Notes under the pieces: model-generated | Told to the model about the DNA's origin: nothing | Database searches by the model: none | Seen by the model: the letters and a program-made list of their open reading frames with translations, nothing else | Position numbers and translations under genes: made by a program | Assembly: GCA_964589775.1 (NCBI GenBank) | Contig: CAZPUN010000013.1 | Coordinates: 30,001-62,000 of the forward strand | Origin: an uncultured archaeon | GTDB lineage: Archaea; Asgardarchaeota; Thorarchaeia; Thorarchaeales; CAZPUN01 | Direction: 5' to 3' | Length of the DNA stretch: 32,000 nucleotides | Part shown: in pieces, positions 6,824 to 16,711 of the stretch | Position numbering within the stretch: position 1 is the first letter of the stretch | How the letters are laid out: each line of letters opens with the position of its first letter

Positions 6824-9178
6824 TTATTTGAATATACCGTATATTGCTTGGCCAGCTGAAATTCCTCCATCTCCTGGTGGTATTTTTCTATGTTGGATAT
6901 ATTGTATTTTTTCACTTTCTATTCTACGCTTCATAATTTCTGAAATATATGTATTTAATGCAACCCCACCGGTAAATCCTATTTTTTTGACATCATACGT
7001 TTTTGCGAGATCTATCGCTATTGATGATAATCCAACTGCTATAGCATCTAATATTGCATATGCTATGTTCTCCCTAGAAATTCCTTTTTCAATAGCTTCA
7101 TATACCTCTCTAAGAATGTTTTTGACATCAAGTATAATTAAATTATTATTTTTATTATTTATAATATATTTATCTGATTTAATAATAAAATCTCCTTTCC
7201 TCGCACTAGCCTCAAGTTTCATTGGGCATTCGCCCTCATATGAATTTTCATTACAAATTCCTAATGCTAGTGCAGTTGCATCCAAAAATCTGCCCAGGCT
7301 TGTTGATTCAAATGCATTGATTCTTTGATCGATCTGCTTTAGTAGAATCTGCAATGTGTTTTCATTAAGAATTCTGTTCTCTGATATTTTTTTATTAAAT
7401 ATATTTTTCCTAATAATTTTATTATCTAATTCATCTTTCATATATGCTATAAGCGTCCTTACAGGGTATTTTGCTGCAAGATCTCCTCCCGGTATAATAA
7501 CTTTATTAATTGTAGCAATTCTATTAAATTTATTATAATTATTAAGAAAAATCTCACCACCCCAATTAGTACCGTCATTCCCATATCCATAGCCATCACA
7601 AGATATTGTTATCATTTCTTGATCCATTGGAATATTATTATCGACCATAAGTGAAAGTGCATGTGCGAAATGATGTTGAATTTGTACGAATTTTGCCTGA
7701 TATTTTCGAGATAATTCTTTTCCTAATTCCGTAGTATAAAAGTCTGGATGAAGATCTGATACAACAATATCTGGTTTCTTTATTCCAAAAATTTTCATAA
7801 AATGATTTATGGCGTTGATTAGAAAATCTAGATTGTCTGGATTTTTTGTATCTCCAATATGCTGTGTCTGATATATTTTGTCGTTGATTAATATTGAAGC
7901 AGTGTTCTTTAGTTCAGCTCCAAGTGACAAAACAATTTTATCTGAAACAATGGGTATTTTGATTGGCTCTGGAACATATCCTCTGGCTCTTCTTATGAAT
8001 GTTGGAATTTCATTAATAAATTTAATAACACTATCATCAGCTCTTTGAATTATTCTTCTATTATGCAATAAGTGATAATCAACAATTCCTGATGTATATT
8101 TTATTGCCATTTCTTGACTAATTGCCATAGGCTGACCTGATTCATTTGCACTTGTCATTACTAGAGTTGGTAGATCTAAATCATCAAATAATATGTAATG
8201 TGTTCCTGTGTATGGAAGCATTACTCCGACAGTATCTAATCCTGGTGCAATATATTTTGAAATAAATTTATTATTTTTATTAGAAAAAATATTTTTATTA
8301 ATTTTGATAGTTATAATAGGCCTTCTCCATGATTGTAATAGTTCAATCTCTTTTTCGCTTGGCTTAGCAAATTCTAGAAGGTCATCTATTGATCGGACCA
8401 TTATTGCAAAAGGTCTACTTGGTCTTTTCTTTCTATTTCGTAATCTGATTATTATTGAATCTTCATAAGCTTTACAAGCTATATGAGTTCCACCTATTCC
8501 CATAATTGATACTATTTTATTTTGAATAATATATTCTGCAATTCTTTTAATTGGGTCTTCACAGGGTATTTCAAATCCGTTTCTATCATAAACTCTATAT
8601 TGTGGACCACAATTAGTGCAACATGTGGTTTGCGCATGAAATCGTCTATCTAACGGATCTGTATATTCTTTATAACACTCATCACAAAATGGAAAATCCT
8701 TCATTGTCGTATTTGGCCTATCATAAGGTAGTTGAGTTATAGTTGTAAATCTTGGTCCACATTCTGCACATGAAGTAAATGGATATCTATATCTTCTATA
8801 TTCATTTTTTGAGAATAATTCTGAAATGCACTTATTACAAATTGCTATGTCGGGTGGAAATATTGGTGTTTTTGATTTTTTATTTTCATCTGATTTTATA
8901 ATATTAAATTTATTATACCTTTTATTTTTTATATTTTTATTAAATTTAATAATTTTATTATCTATCCTTCCAATTGATGGAATGTCATTTTCTAATTGAT
9001 ATAAGAATTTCTCAATATCTTGAAAATCCCCTTCAACAACAATTTTTACTTTTCCATCGCCAGTATTTTTTACATATCCTGTTAAATTATTCTTTATAGC
9101 GATCCTATATACAAAGGGTCGGAATCCAATTCCTTGTACTATTCCTGTAACTTCTATATCTGCTCTAGTTTGCACCAC
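6824..9178 (-). CDS. hypF: [NiFe]-hydrogenase maturation carbamoyltransferase HypF
   Basis: Acylphosphatase GIVQGIGFRPF, two Zn fingers, YrdC-like domain, QHHFAH, PGDGGISAGQ. Confidence 0.97.
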   Translation of the reverse strand: MVQTRADIEVTGIVQGIGFRPFVYRIAIKNNLTGYVKNTGDGKVKIVVEGDFQDIEKFLYQLENDIPSIGRIDNKIIKFNKNIKNKRYNKFNIIKSDENKKSKTPIFPPDIAICNKCISELFSKNEYRRYRYPFTSCAECGPRFTTITQLPYDRPNTTMKDFPFCDECYKEYTDPLDRRFHAQTTCCTNCGPQYRVYDRNGFEIPCEDPIKRIAEYIIQNKIVSIMGIGGTHIACKAYEDSIIIRLRNRKKRPSRPFAIMVRSIDDLLEFAKPSEKEIELLQSWRRPIITIKINKNIFSNKNNKFISKYIAPGLDTVGVMLPYTGTHYILFDDLDLPTLVMTSANESGQPMAISQEMAIKYTSGIVDYHLLHNRRIIQRADDSVIKFINEIPTFIRRARGYVPEPIKIPIVSDKIVLSLGAELKNTASILINDKIYQTQHIGDTKNPDNLDFLINAINHFMKIFGIKKPDIVVSDLHPDFYTTELGKELSRKYQAKFVQIQHHFAHALSLMVDNNIPMDQEMITISCDGYGYGNDGTNWGGEIFLNNYNKFNRIATINKVIIPGGDLAAKYPVRTLIAYMKDELDNKIIRKNIFNKKISENRILNENTLQILLKQIDQRINAFESTSLGRFLDATALALGICNENSYEGECPMKLEASARKGDFIIKSDKYIINNKNNNLIILDVKNILREVYEAIEKGISRENIAYAILDAIAVGLSSIAIDLAKTYDVKKIGFTGGVALNTYISEIMKRRIESEKIQYIQHRKIPPGDGGISAGQAIYGIFK

Positions 9179-9326
9179 AATTCCTCATTTCTATGATTTT
9201 TACTAATATTTATTGCGATAAATTAAAATGTATTCCGATTGTAATACATAAAATAAAATTATAATTTCCAATAAATTTATTTGAAATAATAAAATTAATA
9301 ATTTAATTATATTTAATAGGAGAGAT

Positions 9327-10298
9327 GTGGTTGCAATGATTATAGATGAATCTGCATTTTTCAAGCATTTTAACGTACGTAAGGAGACAATACAAAAGTG
9401 GCATAATAAAGTAGGTTTTTCGTCCTCCCCGTTTAAAGGATTCAAAATGCCTGACCCTAGATTATATGTTGAGCACTCCGAATTTTTGGATGAAATGGTT
9501 GATATTATTATCACAAATGAACGACATATATTTTTAAGAGGTCCTATCGGTATTGGAAAATCAACTCTAATGCTTTTAGCTTTGAGAGACCTTCCAAATC
9601 TAACAGATAGACGTGGTCGTGAATTTGTTGTTGGCTATGTTGGTATGACGGGCTTATACGAAAAGCAAATGGCAGCTGCAATAGCTAATGCTTTGCGTAT
9701 TAAATATAAACGAAGCTGGGAATCGCAACAAATTATTGATGAAATAGCTAAAGTTACACTGAAACGATATATTGAAGAAAACAAAAGATCTGTACTGTTT
9801 ATTGAAGATGTAGCTGATAATCAAGAAAACAGTTTTCATAAACTTAGATATTTAGCAGATCTTCCATCGCAAGAAATGATTGATGAATATCATATTGATG
9901 AACCAATTATTACTCTTGTTATGAGTGGTACTCCCGAATATTGGTCTGCAATGGTTAACTTCTTACCACAAATTGCAGATCGTACAGAACCTCTAGACGT
10001 TCCCCCAATGAATGTTGATCAAACAAAAGAATTCATCGGGCGTCGTATATATTATGCTCGGGGTGATTTAGATAATTTTGACCCTAACGATTATGACCTT
10101 TATCCCTTTGAGGTAGAGGCTGTTGAAGTTCTACATGATGCAGCAAAGGGTGTGCCTCGTGATATTCGAATGTTGGGTCGTGCATGTGAGCAACTAGCGG
10201 CTGAGAATTATAAAAATACTAATGACCCTGTCATATCCCAGAAAATTGCTGAATTGGTTGCTGAAGCATATCAATCAATTTTTGAGGAGGTTAAATAA
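9327..10298 (+). CDS. ExeA/GspA-like AAA+ ATPase
   Basis: N-terminal GF..SPF...PDP motif, Walker A GPIGIGKST, variant Walker B VLFIED, IADR, sensor-2-like GVPRDI. Confidence 0.75.
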   Translation: MVAMIIDESAFFKHFNVRKETIQKWHNKVGFSSSPFKGFKMPDPRLYVEHSEFLDEMVDIIITNERHIFLRGPIGIGKSTLMLLALRDLPNLTDRRGREFVVGYVGMTGLYEKQMAAAIANALRIKYKRSWESQQIIDEIAKVTLKRYIEENKRSVLFIEDVADNQENSFHKLRYLADLPSQEMIDEYHIDEPIITLVMSGTPEYWSAMVNFLPQIADRTEPLDVPPMNVDQTKEFIGRRIYYARGDLDNFDPNDYDLYPFEVEAVEVLHDAAKGVPRDIRMLGRACEQLAAENYKNTNDPVISQKIAELVAEAYQSIFEEVK

Positions 10299-10597
10299 TG
10301 CCCACTGTATTAGGAAAATATCGGAAAGAGGTATTAGAGCCTCCTGAGAAAAAAACAACTCATGTATCAAAAGAACCTACAAAAACTAAAGTAACTGCAA
10401 AAAAACGAGGTCGAAAGCCTATTCCTGATAAACGTGTGATTTTTACATGTAGTATCGAATCTGATTTATTAGAATGCCTTAAAACCATTAGTAAAGAACA
10501 GTTTTTAAATTTAAGTCGATGGACTGAACAGAAATTAATTCAAGCGGTTATTCGTGAATTTCCAGAATATGCAGAAAAATATGGAATTAAAAAATAA
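10298..10597 (+). CDS. Small DNA-binding protein: disordered basic N-terminus, AT-hook-like KKRGRKP, ribbon-helix-helix-like C-terminus
   Basis: Alternating strand RVIFTCSI, helix SDLLECLKTISKE, NLSRWTEQKLIQAV. Start overlaps the ATPase stop (TAATG); GAGGAGG SD. Confidence 0.65.
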   Translation: MPTVLGKYRKEVLEPPEKKTTHVSKEPTKTKVTAKKRGRKPIPDKRVIFTCSIESDLLECLKTISKEQFLNLSRWTEQKLIQAVIREFPEYAEKYGIKK

Positions 10598-10740
10598 ATT
10601 TATTATTGTTTATATTTTTATTATTTTTATTTTTTATATTATTTTTATTATTCCTATTATTAATAATCTTTACACAATATTTTTATGTATATTATATTAT
10701 CCAAAAATTGTTAGTGAATTACTACTGGAGTGATATATCA

Positions 10741-11007
10741 ATGGAAAATCGTGCACTAAGTATCATGAAATCCTTTGCGGTACTAATGGGGCTTGCATCA
10801 TTAGCTGGTATTGGTATATTTTTTGTATTTGACATTGCATTAACTATAAAATCAATGAGTCTTCCATGGCTAGCCATATATTCATTTGTAATTACCTTTG
10901 CAAGTATCAAGCTTATGGAAGAAAATCCATCAAAAAGCTATTTTAATCAATGGATTATTGGATTAGTCTTTGGAGCATTTCTAGTGGCTTTAATATTCAT
11001 TGTGTAA
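10741..11007 (+). CDS. Small membrane protein (about 3 TM helices)
   Basis: ATG 10741 with GGAGTGA SD; three hydrophobic segments. The extension back to 10606 is low-complexity intergenic DNA. Confidence 0.7.
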   Translation: MENRALSIMKSFAVLMGLASLAGIGIFFVFDIALTIKSMSLPWLAIYSFVITFASIKLMEENPSKSYFNQWIIGLVFGAFLVALIFIV

Positions 11008-11023
11008 AAAGGAGGATTTTTAA

Positions 11024-11659
11024 TTGTCTAAAGTTCTACCTGGTACAAAAGCAACGCGTATGGAATTACTTAGATTAAAGACACGACTGAAATTAGCGAA
11101 TCGTGGTCATGATCTTTTAAAGGAAAAGCGCGATGCTTTGATTATGGAATTCTTTAATGTAATTGAGGATGTTAAAAAAGCCAGACATGAAGTTAATGTT
11201 GCATTAGAAAATGCATTTAGAGCATTGACACGCGCTAAAATGTCTATGGGTGTTACAAAACTAGCAGAAACCGCAATGCAAATGGATGTTTCATTAAATC
11301 TTGAAACTTTTACAAAAAACATAATGGGTGTACGGACTCCTATCTACAAATTTACAAAAAAAGTTCCTGAGCTTCCATATAATCTTGTAGATACAAGTCC
11401 ACAATTAGATGATGCAATTGATGAATTTAATGAGGCATTAAACAAAATTATCGTTCTTGCCGAAAAAGAATCTGAAGTTGAACGACTTGTTACAGAAATT
11501 GAAAGAACAAAGCGCCGAGTTAATGCATTAAAATATATTGTCATTCCCCGACTTGAAGCTACAGTTCGTTTTATTAAATTACAATTAGAAGAACATGAGC
11601 GAGAAGACTTCTTTAGACTTAAACGTGTCAAAGATATGCTCGAGGCGGGATCTGATTAA
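11024..11659 (+). CDS. atpD: A/V-type ATP synthase subunit D
   Basis: TRMELLRLK...GHDLLKEKRDAL, NIMGV, EIERTKRRVNAL, EREDFFRLKRVK; GGAGG SD. Confidence 0.97.
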   Translation: MSKVLPGTKATRMELLRLKTRLKLANRGHDLLKEKRDALIMEFFNVIEDVKKARHEVNVALENAFRALTRAKMSMGVTKLAETAMQMDVSLNLETFTKNIMGVRTPIYKFTKKVPELPYNLVDTSPQLDDAIDEFNEALNKIIVLAEKESEVERLVTEIERTKRRVNALKYIVIPRLEATVRFIKLQLEEHEREDFFRLKRVKDMLEAGSD

Positions 11660-11669
11660 TCCCGCTTTT
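11643..11669 (+). terminator. Hairpin plus T-run overlapping the atpD stop
   Basis: AGGCGGGAT-ctgatta-ATCCCGCTT followed by TT. Confidence 0.5.
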
Positions 11670-11724
11670 ATTAAACTTATTACATATATTATTTTAAATA
11701 AAATTATTAAGAAAATTATTTTTA

Positions 11725-12081
11725 TTATGATTTTAACATCATTATAGCTCGAGCTAAATCTCCATTAGTTTCTTCTAATGCTTTCTTTGCAGCTTCTGGC
11801 GAGGCACCTGTTTGTGCAACAACTAGTGAAATATCCTCTGGAGCTATTTCGATCTTTTCAGTTTCTTCTTTTTGAGTACTTATTCTCTCGGATTTCTTTC
11901 CAATTATTTGATAGATTTCTTGACCGGCTTGTATAATTAATGAAATTTGCGGATTTTTTATAACCCATTCTTTACCTTCGAATTTAATAACGACCTCCTT
12001 TGCGCCTTCTACCTCTTTTGTTGAAATTCCCATTTGTTTCATTAGTCTTTTCATTTGTCTTGGGTTAAGACCTCTTGCCAT
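11725..12081 (-). CDS. nac: Nascent polypeptide-associated complex protein
   Basis: NPRQMKRLMKQMGI, C-terminal UBA-like EDISLVVAQTG...GDLARAIM; ATG 12081 with GGTGA SD. Confidence 0.95.
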   Translation of the reverse strand: MARGLNPRQMKRLMKQMGISTKEVEGAKEVVIKFEGKEWVIKNPQISLIIQAGQEIYQIIGKKSERISTQKEETEKIEIAPEDISLVVAQTGASPEAAKKALEETNGDLARAIMMLKS

Positions 12082-12082
12082 T

Positions 12083-12937
12083 TTATTCACCTGATTTTTT
12101 TATACTAAAATCTATAGCCATATGTTTTACATACGGAGAATAATTTTTTATAAATCGGTAATTTAATTTTATCATTTCATAATTTTTTATTTTTAATTGT
12201 TTATTTATATAATCTGTTATTTCATTTAATTGTTCATTATTGTGTACAGATATATGCATAATAATTCTTCCGCCTTGTTCCTTAAGACCTTTCAATGCTG
12301 CTTGAATATATCTATGTGTTGAATGCAAATATCCCATAATTATTAAATCTGCTTTATTTGATGGGATTACTTTCCTTGAATCACCCAATATTGGTGTGAT
12401 ATTTTTTATTTTATTTAATTTAATACCTTCTATCAAGTAATCGAATGCTTTTGGATTAATTTCGATTGAGATTACTTCCTTTGGTTTTGCGCCTATTGCA
12501 ACAGGAAAACTAAATTGCCCCACGCATGCAAACATATCAATAACAATCTTGTTTGGAAGATTCATGTTATATAATCTTAATCGTTCCCTTTGGTTTCCAA
12601 GTGAAAAAGTAATCTCAGTGGGATCCAGTACATACTTTATCCCATTTTCAATATGTACTGTTTTCGTAGATTCCTCGCCATATACTATTTCATATTTTAC
12701 ATTGCGGGTAATATATTGCGATTTTTCCTTTTGTATTGCTACAGTTCTAATTTTGTTATTCCATTCCTGAATTAGTTTTGAAATACTTACTATGTGGGGT
12801 TCTAATATGGGTTCTATTTTTAGTAGTGCAACATGTCCTATAATTTTAATAGTCTTTGGAAGTACTTCTAATTCTTTATCTGTCAGAATGTCCTGTAAAT
12901 GTGTCTTTAGAAATTTTTTTAATGGAATGTTTGTCAT
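12083..12937 (-). CDS. Trm5/Taw2 (Met-10+) family SAM-dependent tRNA-modifying enzyme
   Basis: HIENGIKY, FSLGNQRERLR, DMFACVGQFS, EINPKAF, ADLIIMGY. Confidence 0.85.
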   Translation of the reverse strand: MTNIPLKKFLKTHLQDILTDKELEVLPKTIKIIGHVALLKIEPILEPHIVSISKLIQEWNNKIRTVAIQKEKSQYITRNVKYEIVYGEESTKTVHIENGIKYVLDPTEITFSLGNQRERLRLYNMNLPNKIVIDMFACVGQFSFPVAIGAKPKEVISIEINPKAFDYLIEGIKLNKIKNITPILGDSRKVIPSNKADLIIMGYLHSTHRYIQAALKGLKEQGGRIIMHISVHNNEQLNEITDYINKQLKIKNYEMIKLNYRFIKNYSPYVKHMAIDFSIKKSGE

Positions 12938-13229
12938 GTTGATCTCCTACAAAACGTATTGAACCAAAGTTTTAAGAAGGTATTATGCGAAAGAATCATT
13001 TGAAATTAATCATCATGGGATATGATAAAAAATCCCATTTGTATTACAATCATTAAAAATATCAATCTTAAGATAAATGCATAATTGATGATTTATGATT
13101 ATCAATGATTTCACAATGCATTGTGAATTGAATGATTGATAATTTCGTGATCATGCTACAAGAAATTGTGGGCAATCATATTTCAAATCAATTATATTAT
13201 CATAATCACGCTTATAGGAGAAAACTCGT

Positions 13230-14492
13230 ATGGGAACGGATTACGATGCTAGTTCAACAAAGTATGTTATAAAAGCGAGAATTGAAGTCGATGGGGTTGT
13301 TGAAAACCCTGATGTTATTGGTGCTATATTTGGTCAAACTGAAGGTCTTCTTGGTGAAGAACTTGACCTTCGTGAATTACAAAAATCCGGCCGTATTGGT
13401 CGTATACAAATAAGTATGAAATCCCAAGGCGGGCATAGCCGAGGTGAAATTATTATTCCATTAAGTATGGACCGTGTCGGAACTGCTATTCTGGCTGCAT
13501 CTCTAGAAACAGTCGATCGAATAGGTCCCTGTTCTGCTAGGATTACTCTAGAAAAAATAGAGGATGTCCGAGATGCTAAACGAAAACGCATTATCGGGCG
13601 TGCTGTATCAATTCTTAAGAACTGGGAGGAACAAATCTCCCCAGGTGCGGACGAAATTACGGATGAAGTAATTAAAGCAGCTAGAATTAGTGATATTATA
13701 CGATATGGTCCTGAAGGATTACCTGCTGGATCTGCAGTTGAGGAAAGTCCCTCAATTATTGTTGTTGAGGGTCGAGCCGATGTGCTTTTACTTCTTAAAT
13801 ATGGAATTAAGAATGTAATTGCAGTGCAGGGTACTCATATTCCTAAGACAGTCATCGAACTTAGCAAACGAAAAAATGTTACGGCCTTTGTCGATGGTGA
13901 TCGCGGCGGAGAACTAATATTAAAAGAACTATTGCAAGTAGCAAATATTGATTATATTGCGCGAGCTCCCGAAGGAAAGGAAGTTGAAGACCTTTCTAAA
14001 AAGGAAGTTTTCGCCGCACTTCAAGCAAAAGTTCCGGCAGATCAATATTTCACGCATGAAAAGCGTCATATTCATCATGAGCGAAGAAAGAAAGAATCTA
14101 CTATTGAGAAGCGTGAAACAAGATCCCGTGAAAAACCTGAGCCTAAAAAAGTCATTCAAAAAGTCAAAAAGGCAGTTCGTCCAAAGAAAGTATTAAAGTT
14201 TCCCATTGAAATTATTGAAAAAGCAGAAAATATCAAAGAAACATTAACTGCAATTTTACTTTCAGATGATTATTCAGTAGTTGATACAATTCCTGTTGCT
14301 GAACTCGCTGAAAAATTACAGAATATTGAACATGGTACAGTAAAAAGTATAATATTTGATGGTGTCATAACGCAACGATTAGTAGATATTGCAAGTTCAA
14401 TCGGTGTAAAAACCATAATTGGCGCTAGAATTGGTAATATTACAAAACGACCTATCAATCTTAAAATTGCGACATTTAAAGATCTTGAATGA
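13230..14492 (+). CDS. dnaG: Archaeal DnaG-type primase / exosome-associated protein
   Basis: DVIGAIFGQTEGLLG, LQKSGRIGRI, TOPRIM VVEGRADV and DGDRGG, FDGVITQRL. Confidence 0.97.
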   Translation: MGTDYDASSTKYVIKARIEVDGVVENPDVIGAIFGQTEGLLGEELDLRELQKSGRIGRIQISMKSQGGHSRGEIIIPLSMDRVGTAILAASLETVDRIGPCSARITLEKIEDVRDAKRKRIIGRAVSILKNWEEQISPGADEITDEVIKAARISDIIRYGPEGLPAGSAVEESPSIIVVEGRADVLLLLKYGIKNVIAVQGTHIPKTVIELSKRKNVTAFVDGDRGGELILKELLQVANIDYIARAPEGKEVEDLSKKEVFAALQAKVPADQYFTHEKRHIHHERRKKESTIEKRETRSREKPEPKKVIQKVKKAVRPKKVLKFPIEIIEKAENIKETLTAILLSDDYSVVDTIPVAELAEKLQNIEHGTVKSIIFDGVITQRLVDIASSIGVKTIIGARIGNITKRPINLKIATFKDLE

Positions 14493-14512
14493 GATTAATG
14501 TGAGGTATTAAA

Positions 14513-15595
14513 TTGGAGGTCATCAAGAAGGATCTTAAGCATGGTATGATTACTCTCAAAATAACAACTCTTGATGACCTCTGGCATCTTTATAATATTA
14601 TATTACCGGGTGATTTTGTAACTTCAAAAACCGTTAGACGAATAAAGAGCTCTGATGAAGATGGAAAACCCGATAAGGGTAGCCGTAAGCCTATGACTCT
14701 TAAAATTCAAGTTGATGATGTTAGTTTTCATGCATTTTCTAATAGGTTGAGAATTAAAGGTAAAATTGTTAGTGGTCCTGAAGATCTAATTTCAATTGGA
14801 ACTTTTCATACTTTAAATATTGAAATTGGCAGTATTCTTACAATTGAAAAAGATGAGTGGCCTCGTTATTTACTTGAACGAATTGAACAATCTTCTAAAT
14901 ATAGTTCTAAACCTATGGTACTGATTGTTACCATTGATGATGGTATTGCAGATCTTATCGTTGTTTCTGAGTATGCCTTAAGAACAGTTCTAAGTATTTC
15001 ACGCTCTATAACTGGAAAACGAGGTGAATTAAAAGACCGCGAATCTGCCATTGAAGAATTTTTCAAAGAATTATTACAAGGAATTAAACAAGTATTAAAG
15101 AATTATAAAATTGACTTAATTGTGGTTGCAGGTCCTGGATTTACTAAGGAACACTTTGTAGAATTTTTAAAACAAAATAAGCACAATTTTCCACAAATAA
15201 TTATGGATTTTGTTAGTAATGTTGGTATTCCTGGTGCAAAGGAAGTTCTTAGTAGAGGAATTATTTCTCAGGCAGTTGAAGGCTTACGTATTGAGCGTGA
15301 AACTCAATTACTTGATGAATTATTAATGCATATCGGAAAAGAAGATGGAAAAGCTGCATATGGTACTGAATATGTAATGCGGGCAGCTCAAATTGGTGCA
15401 GTTTCCGTATTGTTATTAATAGACAAGTTACTTAGAACTAATGATCCAGATAAACGCCGCTTTTTTGATGAATTAATAAAATTAGTTGAATCTTCTGCAG
15501 GCGATGTTGTTATTATGAGTACTGAGCATCCTTCAGGAAAACAATTGGAAGCTCTTTCTGGTGTTGCAGCAATTCTAAGATTCCCCATTGAGTGA
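14513..15595 (+). CDS. pelA: mRNA surveillance protein pelota
   Basis: DDLWHLYNII, RLRIKGKI, FHTLNI, AGPGFTK, GVAAILRF. Confidence 0.97.
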   Translation: MEVIKKDLKHGMITLKITTLDDLWHLYNIILPGDFVTSKTVRRIKSSDEDGKPDKGSRKPMTLKIQVDDVSFHAFSNRLRIKGKIVSGPEDLISIGTFHTLNIEIGSILTIEKDEWPRYLLERIEQSSKYSSKPMVLIVTIDDGIADLIVVSEYALRTVLSISRSITGKRGELKDRESAIEEFFKELLQGIKQVLKNYKIDLIVVAGPGFTKEHFVEFLKQNKHNFPQIIMDFVSNVGIPGAKEVLSRGIISQAVEGLRIERETQLLDELLMHIGKEDGKAAYGTEYVMRAAQIGAVSVLLLIDKLLRTNDPDKRRFFDELIKLVESSAGDVVIMSTEHPSGKQLEALSGVAAILRFPIE

Positions 15596-16711
15596 AAGTG
15601 CATCTAGTGGAATAAATTGTGTTTGAAGTCGGTCCCATGTTGGATATTCTTCGGCAATTCCTATCTCAAAATCGATGTTGTGCTGTTCAAGTATTTGCTT
15701 TATCTCATTACCTAAGTTTTCTATTATTTTTGGTGTTGTTTCGATTCTATTTCTTTTCTCATTAAATACAAATAGTTCATTTGGAATTCCAAACTCATTC
15801 TTGATTTGATTTATTAAATCATTAATATTTAATATTCCTATTATTTTTATTATTCCTAATATCAGCAATCCTTCATCGGTTATTTGTTCATATTCTTTTG
15901 CAATATTTTTAGCTCTACGTTTCAAGCGATTTCTTAATTGGGTTCCATCTTTTAATTTACTAGTACAATAATGTACATTTAGTTTCTTCAATCGTTTTGA
16001 TGCCCATTTTAAAAATTCCATAGCTGTCTCATTACTTTCCTTTATAGCTGCTGATATATCATCTTTCATGAGATATCCTCTTTTTACCATATTTTCAAAA
16101 TTAGTCTCACTATATTCGAGTTCATTTAAATTTAGAAATTTCACACCTCTCAATTCTGCTCTAATTGCTATACGTTGCAAGTATTCTAAGGTTCCAGGTA
16201 GAACTGGTATTTCAATTCCAACGTCCATTTTTGTTTGAAGTGCTAGTTCAATTGCATGCCATGTTCCTGAGCGAATATGAAAGCGAATTTCATCTAATCC
16301 TGCAGATTCTAAATCTTTAATTATTTTACGTGTTAATTTTCTTCCGGTTGTATATAGATGAATATGAAAATTCTTTCCAAATGTTTCCTTTAATAATCGA
16401 ATATATTTTATAGTTCTTTCAATTCTTTCTAATGGATCTCCTCCGGTTATACTTGCACCCTCAGCTGATATCATTTTTGATTCATATATTATGTCCTCCT
16501 CACTTTCTACTGGCATTTCATCAGCAAAAATAACATCCTTGTTTTTACGTTCTTCTGATAAGGGACAATAGAAGCATCTTTCAGAACAAATACCAGTTAC
16601 AAATAGGACCATTTTTGCACCTTTAATACACAATTTGCATCCTTCTGGTAACTCTCCGATGTAGTATGAATTTCCCTCTGTTTCTTTAATCTCTCGGGTC
16701 ATTTTAATCAT
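15575..16711 (-). CDS. Radical SAM protein (conserved archaeal family)
   Basis: GCKLCIKGAKMVLFVTGICSERCFYCPLS (CxxxCxxC), TGGDPL, HIHLYT, LDEIRFH. Confidence 0.9.
   Translation of the reverse strand: MIKMTREIKETEGNSYYIGELPEGCKLCIKGAKMVLFVTGICSERCFYCPLSEERKNKDVIFADEMPVESEEDIIYESKMISAEGASITGGDPLERIERTIKYIRLLKETFGKNFHIHLYTTGRKLTRKIIKDLESAGLDEIRFHIRSGTWHAIELALQTKMDVGIEIPVLPGTLEYLQRIAIRAELRGVKFLNLNELEYSETNFENMVKRGYLMKDDISAAIKESNETAMEFLKWASKRLKKLNVHYCTSKLKDGTQLRNRLKRRAKNIAKEYEQITDEGLLILGIIKIIGILNINDLINQIKNEFGIPNELFVFNEKRNRIETTPKIIENLGNEIKQILEQHNIDFEIGIAEEYPTWDRLQTQFIPLDALSLNGES

Noticed and set aside
9327-10597. Transposon or integrated element (TniB/TnsC-like ATPase)
   Set aside because: No transposase, integrase, terminal repeats or tRNA-end duplication seen, and the flanks are housekeeping genes.
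10606-10740. N-terminal extension of the 133-aa ORF
   Set aside because: T-rich low-complexity intergenic DNA; a good SD and ATG lie at 10741.
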